Assembly (NCBI GenBank): GCA_964421145.1
Contig: CAYQVM010000001.1
Span: 6,108-45,310 of the forward strand
Length of the DNA stretch: 39,203 nt
Direction of reading: 5' to 3'
From: an uncultured Planctomycetia bacterium
GTDB taxonomy: Bacteria > Omnitrophota > Gorgyraeia > JABMQH01
Shown here: positions 22,221-30,421 of the stretch, in pieces
Layout: each line of letters starts with the position of its first letter
Position numbering within the stretch: position 1 is the first letter of the stretch
Notes under the pieces: model-generated
Databases searched by the model: none
The model's input: only the letters and a program-made list of their open reading frames with translations
What the model was told of the DNA's origin: nothing
Position numbers and translations under genes: made by a program

Positions 22221-22931
22221 ATGAAGATAAAAATCAGAGAATCAAAAGATGTGACAATTCTCGATGCAGAAGGCCGCATAGATATAGACGCTTCTGAATT
22301 TATAGAAACCGTAGGCTGGGTTTTAAAAAACAATAAAATCAAAATCTTATGTAATTTTGAAAACGTCGAATTAGTAGATTACAGCGGATTATCCATACTG
22401 GCCATTGCGTACAAAAATGTTACCAACCATAATGGGACGATGAAATTCTGCAATGTCGCTCTGCATATAAAGGAATTATTCAAGATTGTCCAGATGGACA
22501 GGGTCTTTATCTGCTATGATAACGAGCAGCAGGCATTGCTGAATTTTGACGAAAAAATATTAGCGCTTGAGAAAAAACGTTTACGGAGAAGATTTAAACG
22601 GCTGGAAACCAACATAGACGTCAGCTTCACTCCTAAAAATAAACCTGGTAAGGTACATAAAGGCAAAGTTCTTAACATAAGCGGGGCGGGCCTGTTTATA
22701 CTGACCTCAAACATACTGCCCATAAGAACGCAACTGCTGCTTGAAATCAGCGTCCCGAATGAATTAGTCCCTATTGAAATGGAGGGGATGGTACTCTGGA
22801 TCGCCGATAAAAATCTTCAATCATACTGTTATCCAGGAATGGGGGTGCAATTCATCAGCATTGACTCTCAAAAACAGAAGGATCTCTTGGATTTTATAGA
22901 TAAAAATATTACGCATAGAAGCGAGATGTAA
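22221..22931 (+). CDS. STAS (anti-sigma-factor-antagonist-like) + PilZ fusion protein
   Basis: The N-terminal ~110 aa are STAS-like (VTILDAEGRIDIDAS.., VDYSGLSILAIA, MDRVF). The C-terminus has RRFKR (RxxxR) and NISGAG (NxSxxG). Confidence 0.75.
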   Translation: MKIKIRESKDVTILDAEGRIDIDASEFIETVGWVLKNNKIKILCNFENVELVDYSGLSILAIAYKNVTNHNGTMKFCNVALHIKELFKIVQMDRVFICYDNEQQALLNFDEKILALEKKRLRRRFKRLETNIDVSFTPKNKPGKVHKGKVLNISGAGLFILTSNILPIRTQLLLEISVPNELVPIEMEGMVLWIADKNLQSYCYPGMGVQFISIDSQKQKDLLDFIDKNITHRSEM

Positions 22932-22940
22932 GCCCTCCTG

Positions 22941-23471
22941 ATGACATCTCAAAAAAAATCACTTATACTGCTCGTATTGGGGTTTATTGGTGCCATTCCC
23001 TTGGGCTGCTTTATATGGAACGAATCCTTCTATTTCGACAGGGTTCCCTTCTTATCTCCCATAGAGTACACTGGTGGCTTTCCTCTAAGAAATGACTGGA
23101 GGGGGGAGGGGGGCTTCGGCGCTAAAAGAAGCGGAAACAGGAGCCATCAGGGAATCGACATGCTTGCGCCGGTCGGCGTTCATGTCAGGGCGGCAAAAGG
23201 CGGCATAGCATTTGCCGGCCTGCATAAAAAAGGCCTAGGCAAATATGTTGAGATAAAACATAAAAACGGGATTGTAACAATATACAGCCATTTATCCGAA
23301 ATTTACATATTGCCTATTCAGAAGGTTCGCCAGGGTCAGATTATCGGGGCTGTAGGCAAAACCGGTAATGCCAGATACAATGGGATAGAGCCGCATCTTC
23401 ATTTTGAAATCAGGCATAAGGGTGTAGCCGTAGACCCAAAAAAGTACCTTTTAGCGGGAGAAATCCGTTGA
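22941..23471 (+). CDS. M23-family peptidase, membrane-anchored
   Basis: N-terminal TM helix. HQGIDMLAPVGVHV and PHLHFEIRH motifs. Confidence 0.8.
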   Translation: MTSQKKSLILLVLGFIGAIPLGCFIWNESFYFDRVPFLSPIEYTGGFPLRNDWRGEGGFGAKRSGNRSHQGIDMLAPVGVHVRAAKGGIAFAGLHKKGLGKYVEIKHKNGIVTIYSHLSEIYILPIQKVRQGQIIGAVGKTGNARYNGIEPHLHFEIRHKGVAVDPKKYLLAGEIR

Positions 23472-26400
23472 ACTATCTGAAAAATCTTAACCCTGAACAA
23501 CTAAAGGTCGTAAATTTGACTGAAGGCCCCGTTCTTGTCCTGGCAGGACCCGGCACCGGGAAGACGCAGCTGCTTTCCGCCAGAACCGCGCATATAATAT
23601 CGGAGAAGAAGGCATTACCCGAAAATATACTTATCCTGACTTATACAAACTCAGCCGCAAAGGCCATGAAAGAACGATTAGCCAGGATTATAGGCCCGCA
23701 GGCTTATAAGGTTGAGGTATCCACTTACCATAGCTTTGCCAGAAACTATATAATATTAGATTCGGAAGAAGCGCTTAACTACATAGGAGAGAGGATTCAG
23801 ATAACCGACGTAGAAAAAACCAGGGCCATAGAATACATATTAGACAATTTTAAAGGCCTTGACGTTATAAGGCCGTTCGGCGCGCCTTATGCCTACAGAT
23901 GGGATATAGAAAAAAAGATAAGCGAACTGAAAAATGAAGGCGTCAACCCGGGGGAATTCCAGAAATGCTTGGAAACGCTGAAGCCGGATGATATATTCAT
24001 TGAAGACAAACATATACCGCGGCTTGGGGCTCTCGCCAAAGTATATGAGGCGTACGAAGAACTAAAAACCGGACGGCATAAGGGGATATTTGATTCCCGC
24101 GGCAGATATGATTATGACGATATGATATTAATAGCCGTAGAGGTCTTAAAAAAAGAGCGGGCATTGCGGGAGAAATACCAGTACAACTTTAAATATATCA
24201 TGGTAGATGAATTCCAGGATTCGAACGGCGCCCAGCTGGAGCTGCTCTTCAATCTAATAAATGAAAAGGCCCCTAATATATGCTGCGTGGGGGATGATGA
24301 CCAGTCCATTTACAGATTCCAGGGCGCAAATGTAGGAAATTTTAAATTATTGACGGCCAGGTTTAAGGATCTTAAAACCTTAACCTTAAAATCAAACTAT
24401 CGCTCAACAAAAGAGATAATAGACTTATCCTCAAGAATTATAAAAAACATACCTAGCCCTGAAAGGTTTGAGGCGAAAAACCTCATACCGGAATCGGATT
24501 ACGCAAATAAATCCATTGAATTTTATGAGTTCAGCACCGAAGCGGAAGAACTTCTGTTTGTTGTGAAAAAAATAAAAGAAATAAAAAAATCTATTGAAAA
24601 GTCCGGTGAGCTTTCTAAGGAAGAGAAAAAAGCGCCGTACAATAATATCGCGGTGCTGGTCAGAAAAAGAGCGGATATCTTAAAATTAATAGATGCCTTT
24701 TTGGCAGCCGGCATTCCCTATTCTACCGATGGCAAAGAGGATATCAGCCAAGAAAAACGGGTCAGGCAGCTTCTGGATGTTCTGGAATTAGCGCACATAG
24801 ACGTAAGAGGGGAGGGGGATGAAGGGGATCTGGCGCTTTTCAAGGTCCTGTCTTCAGATTACCTGAAAATACCGATTTCTGAGATTCTGACATTTATAGC
24901 AGATATCAGAAGAAAAAAACAGCCAAGCCTGCTGGAGGCATTATTAAAAAATCCTCCGTCGGCTTTTAAAAAAATATCTCCTATAATACAAAACCTTCTC
25001 GTAGACGCGAGGAACAAACCCCTCCATACCATGTTGATGCAGTATATACACGAATCAGGGATGTACAGTTTTATCCTCAAAAGTTACGATACCAACAAAA
25101 CCTTAAGAATGCGGGATTTGAGGGCCATAACCTCTTTTGTCAATATAATAAAGTCTTCGGATCAATCCAGGCCCGGGATAGGCCTGGATGAATTCATGGA
25201 GGAGATAAAACTAAAAAAGGAACACAATATCCCTATCCAGGGAGAATTGGTAACTATGTCCCAGGATGGCGTGCGCATATATACGGCCCACGGTTCAAAA
25301 GGGCAGGAATTCTTTGCGGTAATCATGCCTTTTTGCATACAGGATAAAAACTGGCCTGTAAAATCCATGGGGGATAAACTACCGCTGCCGGTCCAAGTAT
25401 ATAAAACCAAAGAGAGGCCGCAAAATAAAGAGAAATTAAAACAGCTGACGCTATTTGATGAAACCAGGCTGTTTTATGTGGCTTCCAGCAGGGCAAGGGC
25501 GAATCTAATTTTTACCTCAAGCCCAAGCGAAGATAATATAACTACATCCTATTTAAACAATGCGGGCCTTAAATCAAACAGGATAGCCGCCGAAAAAGAA
25601 GATGAATTATTGCTGGAGGCCTTGAATAAAAAATATGATGACAATCCAACAATCATAAAAACAAACGAGGCAATAAAGGGGTTGGTAAAAGAAACAATCT
25701 TTACGCCTACCAAATTAAACAATTACCTGAAATGTAAAAGAAAGTTTTTTTACGATGATATCCTAAAGCTGCCGGGTAGGAAACGGCAGGGTTTGGTTTT
25801 TGGAAATTGCGCCCACAAGGCGCTGGAAAAAACTTACCTAAGCTTTAAGGAAAACGGCCGGTTTCCGGAATTTGCCTTTTTTGAAGAAGCCTTCAGGAAT
25901 GAACTAAAATTTCAGGGAGTGGACAGTGCCATGGAAAACAGATGCCTTGATAAGCTGGAGACTTTGCGGCAGTGGTTTGAAATCGCAAGGGCAAATCCTA
26001 TAAAACCGCTTGACCTTGAGAAACGGATCTCAATAAATATGGGGGAGGGGCTGCTCTTCGTAGGAAAATACGATAAGGTTGAAATTGAAAACGAGGCCAA
26101 AGGGCTTGTGCGCGTTATTGATTATAAGACAGGCAAGCCTGATACTCATCTAAAAAATATATTAAATTTTTCCGGCATTCTTGAAGACGATGAAAAGAAC
26201 GATTATATAAGGCAGCTTACGGCATATAAGATGCTTTTTGAAGAGGACAAAAACAGCGCGAAAAAGTATAGGGTAAGCCACGGAATGCTCGTATTTCTCG
26301 AACCGGTCAGCGACGACGCTCCAAGATCCTGTTTAAAAAAAGGGGCATTTAGAAACGAAAAGATTGAGATAACAGACAAAATGGTATCCGATTTATCATG

Positions 26401-26515
26401 CACTATAAAAAAGTCATGGTCTAAGATTCAGGATCTGGAGTTCGAAAAACTGCCCCAACGGGATAAAGCTAAATGCGGCCGTTGCGATTTCGACGGGATT
26501 TGCTGGTGTAAATAA
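23468..26515 (+). CDS. UvrD/Rep-family SF1 helicase fused to a PD-(D/E)xK nuclease with an AddB/Cas4-like Cys cluster
   Basis: Helicase motifs AGPGTGKT, VDEFQDSN, GDDDQSIY, NYRS, TAHGSKGQEF and YVASSRAR. The C-terminus has GKYDKVE, VIDYKTGKP and four Cys (LKCKRK ... CGRCDFDGIC). TTG start overlaps the upstream stop. Confidence 0.85.
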   Translation: MNYLKNLNPEQLKVVNLTEGPVLVLAGPGTGKTQLLSARTAHIISEKKALPENILILTYTNSAAKAMKERLARIIGPQAYKVEVSTYHSFARNYIILDSEEALNYIGERIQITDVEKTRAIEYILDNFKGLDVIRPFGAPYAYRWDIEKKISELKNEGVNPGEFQKCLETLKPDDIFIEDKHIPRLGALAKVYEAYEELKTGRHKGIFDSRGRYDYDDMILIAVEVLKKERALREKYQYNFKYIMVDEFQDSNGAQLELLFNLINEKAPNICCVGDDDQSIYRFQGANVGNFKLLTARFKDLKTLTLKSNYRSTKEIIDLSSRIIKNIPSPERFEAKNLIPESDYANKSIEFYEFSTEAEELLFVVKKIKEIKKSIEKSGELSKEEKKAPYNNIAVLVRKRADILKLIDAFLAAGIPYSTDGKEDISQEKRVRQLLDVLELAHIDVRGEGDEGDLALFKVLSSDYLKIPISEILTFIADIRRKKQPSLLEALLKNPPSAFKKISPIIQNLLVDARNKPLHTMLMQYIHESGMYSFILKSYDTNKTLRMRDLRAITSFVNIIKSSDQSRPGIGLDEFMEEIKLKKEHNIPIQGELVTMSQDGVRIYTAHGSKGQEFFAVIMPFCIQDKNWPVKSMGDKLPLPVQVYKTKERPQNKEKLKQLTLFDETRLFYVASSRARANLIFTSSPSEDNITTSYLNNAGLKSNRIAAEKEDELLLEALNKKYDDNPTIIKTNEAIKGLVKETIFTPTKLNNYLKCKRKFFYDDILKLPGRKRQGLVFGNCAHKALEKTYLSFKENGRFPEFAFFEEAFRNELKFQGVDSAMENRCLDKLETLRQWFEIARANPIKPLDLEKRISINMGEGLLFVGKYDKVEIENEAKGLVRVIDYKTGKPDTHLKNILNFSGILEDDEKNDYIRQLTAYKMLFEEDKNSAKKYRVSHGMLVFLEPVSDDAPRSCLKKGAFRNEKIEITDKMVSDLSCTIKKSWSKIQDLEFEKLPQRDKAKCGRCDFDGICWCK

Positions 26516-26537
26516 ATAAAAAGTTATTTATATGATA

Positions 26538-26565
26538 TTGACTTTACAAAAAAATATGCTATACT
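26538..26565 (+). promoter_or_regulatory. Putative sigma70-type promoter driving the riboswitch transcript
   Basis: TTGACT (26538-26543), 16 nt, TATACT (26560-26565). A G-run begins about 7 nt downstream. Confidence 0.5.
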
Positions 26566-26571
26566 AGTATT

Positions 26572-26767
26572 GGGGCCGATAAAGGCAAACCCTGAGAAAT
26601 CAGGGGACAGGCTAAATGCCTGACCGGAAGGTCGCAAAGCCTCAGGCCTAAGCTGTTATGCATGCCATGAAGGAAGGTGAGGCAAAAGAGCAAATAAAAA
26701 GCATAACAGTATGGTAGCTGGGCTGCCGAAACGCAGAGCAACTTAAGCAATGCGCTTTATTGGCTCC
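26572..26767 (+). promoter_or_regulatory. c-di-GMP-I (GEMM-I)-like riboswitch aptamer with extra peripheral hairpins
   Basis: Contains GGCAAACC-CUGA-GAAA-UCAG-GGGAC, GCAAAGCCUCAGGCCUAAG and UAUGGUAGCUGGGCUGCC. These match the GEMM-I consensus as I recall it, including a GAAA tetraloop and the 11-nt receptor. A 13-bp closing helix joins 26572-26584 to 26755-26767. Confidence 0.8.
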
Positions 26768-26777
26768 TTTTAGTAAG

Positions 26778-26808
26778 CGATATGCAAATGCGGCATATCG
26801 TTTTTTTT
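26778..26808 (+). terminator. Intrinsic terminator (expression platform of the riboswitch)
   Basis: CGATATGC / GCATATCG forms an 8-bp stem with a 7-nt loop, followed by T8. Confidence 0.75.
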
Positions 26809-26873
26809 ATTTGCATTTTTCTCTGCACTTAGTATATAATATAATAACTAGATATATAATATTTAGTCCTATA

Positions 26874-27626
26874 ATGAGCGAATCTTTAGATGAATTAAAA
26901 CGGGTAGAAGTAAATCAGTTCCAGGAAGAATTGGCAAAAACATATTTTTCAACAGGTTCTTCAAAAGAAGAGTATTCCTCACAGCCTAAACCTGCCGCCA
27001 AAGACAAAAACAATAGGAATAGAAACGGCCTTTTATTGGCTATTTTTCTAACCTTATTAATTATCACATCCATTGCCTTCCTGGCATTTAACCGCTTGAC
27101 TATTAATGTAAAGATAACTCCTGTGCCCAATTCCGGGATAGACAATAGCGCATATACCGGGATAGTCCCTTTTAATAAAAACGGAGAGCTTAATAATGAC
27201 CTTGTTAAACATGTGGTATTCTATGAAAATGCCGGAAATGAAAGCGCCTGGGGCAAGGATATTACCGTACTTTCAAATGAGGACATATCAAAAAAGGCTG
27301 TGTTGGGAATAGATTTTGTTAAACCAATAAGCCTAAAGGAGAAAATACTTTGTTTTCTTGCCAGGGGCAATAGCGGGGGCGAAGAATTCAGGATTGCGTT
27401 GCGCGATAATGAGAATAACATTTGTTATTCAAAAATCAGCGCCATAGAAAATGGGTGGCAAAAATTTATTGTAGACGGACTGACGGCCCAAGATTTTATA
27501 GATGCGGAAAAAATTAACCATATTGATTTTGAAGTAAATCCCGCAGAAAAAATTTTTTTAAACTCTTCAACTATTTACCTTAAGGATATGTATTTGGCTA
27601 AACAGGAAGGAGGCCCCGAGAAATGA
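26874..27626 (+). CDS. Single-pass membrane protein with an extracytoplasmic beta-rich (carbohydrate-binding-module-like?) domain
   Basis: Cytoplasmic N-terminus, TM helix LLLAIFLTLLIITSIAFLAF, and a ~170-aa C-terminal domain. ATG 26874 chosen because the track start (TTG 26760) lies inside the riboswitch closing helix. Confidence 0.55.
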   Translation: MSESLDELKRVEVNQFQEELAKTYFSTGSSKEEYSSQPKPAAKDKNNRNRNGLLLAIFLTLLIITSIAFLAFNRLTINVKITPVPNSGIDNSAYTGIVPFNKNGELNNDLVKHVVFYENAGNESAWGKDITVLSNEDISKKAVLGIDFVKPISLKEKILCFLARGNSGGEEFRIALRDNENNICYSKISAIENGWQKFIVDGLTAQDFIDAEKINHIDFEVNPAEKIFLNSSTIYLKDMYLAKQEGGPEK

Positions 27627-28699
27627 AAGTAGTAACAATTGCAAACCAAAAAGGTGGTTGTGGTAAAACTACCACGGCAATCAATCTGGCTAGTTTAAAT
27701 CATAGCGTGCTTCTTGTAGATCTTGACCCTCAGGGACACGCAAGCTACGGCCTAGGCGTGGATCCTATGAAAATCGAAAAATCCATATACAATTCTCTGA
27801 CCTCAACACAAGACAGAAGGCTCAATATAGAGAGCATCATAATAAATATAGCGGGCGGATTAGACCTAGCACCTTCTAACATACTCTTAAGCACCATAGA
27901 GCAGGAGCTCAGAGACGTTGAGGGGGCTGTCTCAAGGCTGTATGAGGCATTTAACTCAATGAAAAGATCTTATGATTTTATAATAGTTGACTGCCCCCCG
28001 AGCCTGGGGTTCCTGACATTCAATGCCTTGAGGGCTGCCCATCTAGTTCTTATACCGGTAGAAACCAGCAGATATTCCTTGGTTGGCATAAATAAGTTGA
28101 TGAATATGGTTGAGTTGATAGCCCTTAAGATACAACATGCGCCTAAGATAAAGGCTGTTGTAACAATATACGACAAAAGAACCAATTTTTCACAAAGAAT
28201 ATTAAATGAAACAAGATCTTATTTCAAAGATAACCTCCTAAGGACATTAATCAGGATTAATGTTGCTCTAAAAGAGGCGGCTAACTCCGGCATCCCAATA
28301 GACAGGTACAATAAACATTCCAATGGCGCCCAGGATTACCGCGAGCTGGCTGATGAGGTGCTAAAGGAAACAAAGAAAATTCATCTTGAAAATTTTTATA
28401 AAGAAACTCTGGCAATGATTAGCCACGCAAAAAGAATTTCCGGCTATACGCTTACGTTTGTTTCACCGGCAGCAAAAGAAGTCTACGTGGTCGGAGACTT
28501 CAATGATTGGGCCGTGGACCAAACCCATAAATTAACATTTAAAAACAATGGCAGGTGGGAAAAGAAACTGGATCTAAAACCCGGAAGATACAGATATAAA
28601 TTTGTGGTTGACGGCCAATGGGTGACAGACCCCCAGAATACCCAGACAGAGTCAAACCCGTTCGGCGGGGTTGATTCTGTTCTTACAATTAGTGCTTGA
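27623..28699 (+). CDS. ParA/MinD-family ATPase fused to a C-terminal CBM48 (AMPK-beta glycogen-binding-like) module
   Basis: Deviant Walker A NQKGGCGKTT, LLVDLDPQG and IIVDCPPSLG. The C-terminal ~85 aa, FVSPAAKEVYVVGDFNDW..GRWEKKLDLKPGRYRYKFVVDGQWVTDP, match the CBM48/AMPK1_CBM pattern. ATGA overlap with the upstream gene. Confidence 0.8.
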   Translation: MKVVTIANQKGGCGKTTTAINLASLNHSVLLVDLDPQGHASYGLGVDPMKIEKSIYNSLTSTQDRRLNIESIIINIAGGLDLAPSNILLSTIEQELRDVEGAVSRLYEAFNSMKRSYDFIIVDCPPSLGFLTFNALRAAHLVLIPVETSRYSLVGINKLMNMVELIALKIQHAPKIKAVVTIYDKRTNFSQRILNETRSYFKDNLLRTLIRINVALKEAANSGIPIDRYNKHSNGAQDYRELADEVLKETKKIHLENFYKETLAMISHAKRISGYTLTFVSPAAKEVYVVGDFNDWAVDQTHKLTFKNNGRWEKKLDLKPGRYRYKFVVDGQWVTDPQNTQTESNPFGGVDSVLTISA

Positions 28700-29382
28700 A
28701 AAAATCCTTATTAGACATATATAACAAGCTCTATAAAAGATTTGGCCCTCAAGATTGGTGGCCGGGAGATACCGAATTTGAAATAATAGTCGGGGCGATT
28801 TTAACTCAGAATACCGCCTGGGCAAATGTAGAAAAGGCTATATATAATTTAAAGAAACACAAATTACTCTCCCCGGTAAAACTTTCCCGGACAAAACCCC
28901 CAAAAATCGCTGCTCTTATAAGGCCCAGCGGATACTACAATATTAAGACTCGCAGGCTTTTGAACTTTATTAATTATTTGAACATTGAGTACGGGGGTGA
29001 CTTAAAAAGGATGTTCAGGCAAAAAACTGATGCCTTAAGAAAAAGGCTTCTTGGCATAAAAGGGATAGGCCCCGAAACGGCGGACAGTATATTGCTTTAT
29101 GCCGGCGATAAGCCCGTATTTGTGGTGGATGCCTATACCAAACGCATTTTTTCCAGATACGGCCTCTTATCAGAAGGGGCTTCCTACGATGAAATTCAGC
29201 GTCTTTTTTTACATAACCTGCCAAAAAGCGTAAAATTATACAATGAATATCATGCATTAATAGTGCGGGCAGGGAAGGATTTGTGCAGAAAAAAGCCTAA
29301 ATGCAGCTTGTGCTCCTTACAAAAAGGCTGTAAATACGCTAATAAAGGTATAGAGAAGGCCGAGATTGCAATTGCCAATTAA
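28696..29382 (+). CDS. Endonuclease III-related HhH-GPD protein with an Fe-S cluster loop
   Basis: ILTQNTAW, LLGIKGIGPETADSILLY, VVDAYTKRI and the C-terminal CRKKPKCSLCSLQKGC. TTG start overlaps the upstream stop. Confidence 0.75.
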   Translation: MKKSLLDIYNKLYKRFGPQDWWPGDTEFEIIVGAILTQNTAWANVEKAIYNLKKHKLLSPVKLSRTKPPKIAALIRPSGYYNIKTRRLLNFINYLNIEYGGDLKRMFRQKTDALRKRLLGIKGIGPETADSILLYAGDKPVFVVDAYTKRIFSRYGLLSEGASYDEIQRLFLHNLPKSVKLYNEYHALIVRAGKDLCRKKPKCSLCSLQKGCKYANKGIEKAEIAIAN

Positions 29383-29504
29383 TAGTTATCCACATGAAAT
29401 CAGATAAATAACGTAAATTATTACATTTCAATTAGTTATGTTATTTTTTTGAATATACTCAACTTAACATAAGATATATTATAGGACGTTGTATATATAA
29501 GAAA

Positions 29505-29526
29505 AATAGCCGGTTTTAAGGCTATT
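29505..29526 (-). terminator. Weak hairpin terminator downstream of the minus-strand secreted-protein gene
   Basis: AATAGCC / GGCTATT forms a 7-bp stem. In minus-strand sense it is followed by UUUUCUU. Confidence 0.35.
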
Positions 29527-29536
29527 ATTAAGGATA

Positions 29537-29968
29537 TCACTTACTAACTGCGCTCTTAATTATTCTAAATGAGTTATGGGCCAACGGACTTTTTCGGCCG
29601 TCAGTATATACCTGCCGCATAGTCCAGGTATAAACCGCGCCATCCTGGAGCTTATCCGCCTTAATGTTATACTGGTAGGTATCCGGGGCTAATCTCTCCT
29701 TAAAAAACAGGGTCTCCTCTACTGTTTTATACCCGTTATATATCCTGAAATCGTAATAGTCCCTGAATCCGCTTGCGCCTTCATGGGGGCTCCATTTGAA
29801 CTCTAAAAATTCCTTGCCTGTCAGGTCTACCTGCCCAGGCCTTGGCTGGAGTAATACCGGCGGCGGCACATAGACCATGGATGGGGCTTCTACGGCCCCT
29901 ACGCGCCCTTCTGAAACCTGAGATGCTACCACCAAACATAATACTAGAATTAATAAAATTTTTCTCAT
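29537..29968 (-). CDS. Secreted hypothetical protein
   Basis: Signal peptide MRKILLILVLCLVVASQVSEG. The remainder is beta-rich and has no motif I can name. Confidence 0.5.
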   Translation of the reverse strand: MRKILLILVLCLVVASQVSEGRVGAVEAPSMVYVPPPVLLQPRPGQVDLTGKEFLEFKWSPHEGASGFRDYYDFRIYNGYKTVEETLFFKERLAPDTYQYNIKADKLQDGAVYTWTMRQVYTDGRKSPLAHNSFRIIKSAVSK

Positions 29969-29980
29969 TTTCCCATCCTC

Positions 29981-30406
29981 TCAACGAAGCTTTTTAAACC
30001 TGTCAATGGCCTTTTTTAATACCTCTTTAGAGCCTTTATACTCAACTCTTTCCAGGGCTATCTCGGGAGATAGCCATTGGGCATCATCTATTTCGGATTT
30101 TAGCACTTTTATGGGTTCCTCCATCCTGGTTTCAAATAGATAAAGATACACCGTCTTAAATATAAGCCTTCCTTTCAGGCGATAATAATATCTGATATCG
30201 GCTATCTTATCTATAAGCTCGATGTCCTTTAACCCCACCTCTTCGGCTATTTCTCTTGTAGCAGCGTCCTGGGGGCTCTCCCCTGCCTCTATATTGCCTT
30301 TCGGCCACGTCCAATGGCCGTATCCGTCCTTAATTAACAAAACCTTTAAACCGGCAGGGTATTTTTTTATTATAACGCCGCCGCTTGAAAACTCTTTCCC
30401 ATACAT
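29981..30406 (-). CDS. NUDIX hydrolase
   Basis: Nudix box [29 protein letters not shown]. Confidence 0.85.
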   Translation of the reverse strand: MYGKEFSSGGVIIKKYPAGLKVLLIKDGYGHWTWPKGNIEAGESPQDAATREIAEEVGLKDIELIDKIADIRYYYRLKGRLIFKTVYLYLFETRMEEPIKVLKSEIDDAQWLSPEIALERVEYKGSKEVLKKAIDRFKKLR

Positions 30407-30421
30407 ATTGTTATATAATAC

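Noticed and set aside
26572-26767. Alternative identities for the ~196-nt structured RNA: 6S RNA, tmRNA, SRP RNA, RNase P or a cobalamin riboswitch.
   Set aside because: The paired 5' and 3' ends first suggested 6S RNA or tmRNA. There is no continuous 6S-like duplex with a central bubble, no tRNA-like T-arm, no SRP GGAA/AGCA domain IV motif in the right context, no GAGGAAAGUCC (RNase P) and no B12 box. The GGCAAACC..GAAA..GGGAC / GCAAAGCC..CCUAAG..UAUGG pattern fits GEMM-I much better.
26559-26873. The ORF-track entries 26559-26750(-) (63 aa) and the TTG 26760 start of the 288-aa ORF.
   Set aside because: Both lie on the GEMM-I-like aptamer and terminator. The minus ORF is antisense to a structured RNA, and the TTG start sits in the closing helix upstream of a U8 terminator. 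ATG 26874 is used instead.
22100-29500. An impression that this block (helicase-nuclease gene and riboswitch operon) is more AT-rich than, for example, thiC or dgt, suggesting horizontal acquisition.
   Set aside because: Spot counts of single lines ranged from about 23% to 65% GC across the whole window, including within core genes. Without a proper sliding-window calculation and codon-usage test I cannot support an island call, and no integrase or flanking tRNA boundary fits.
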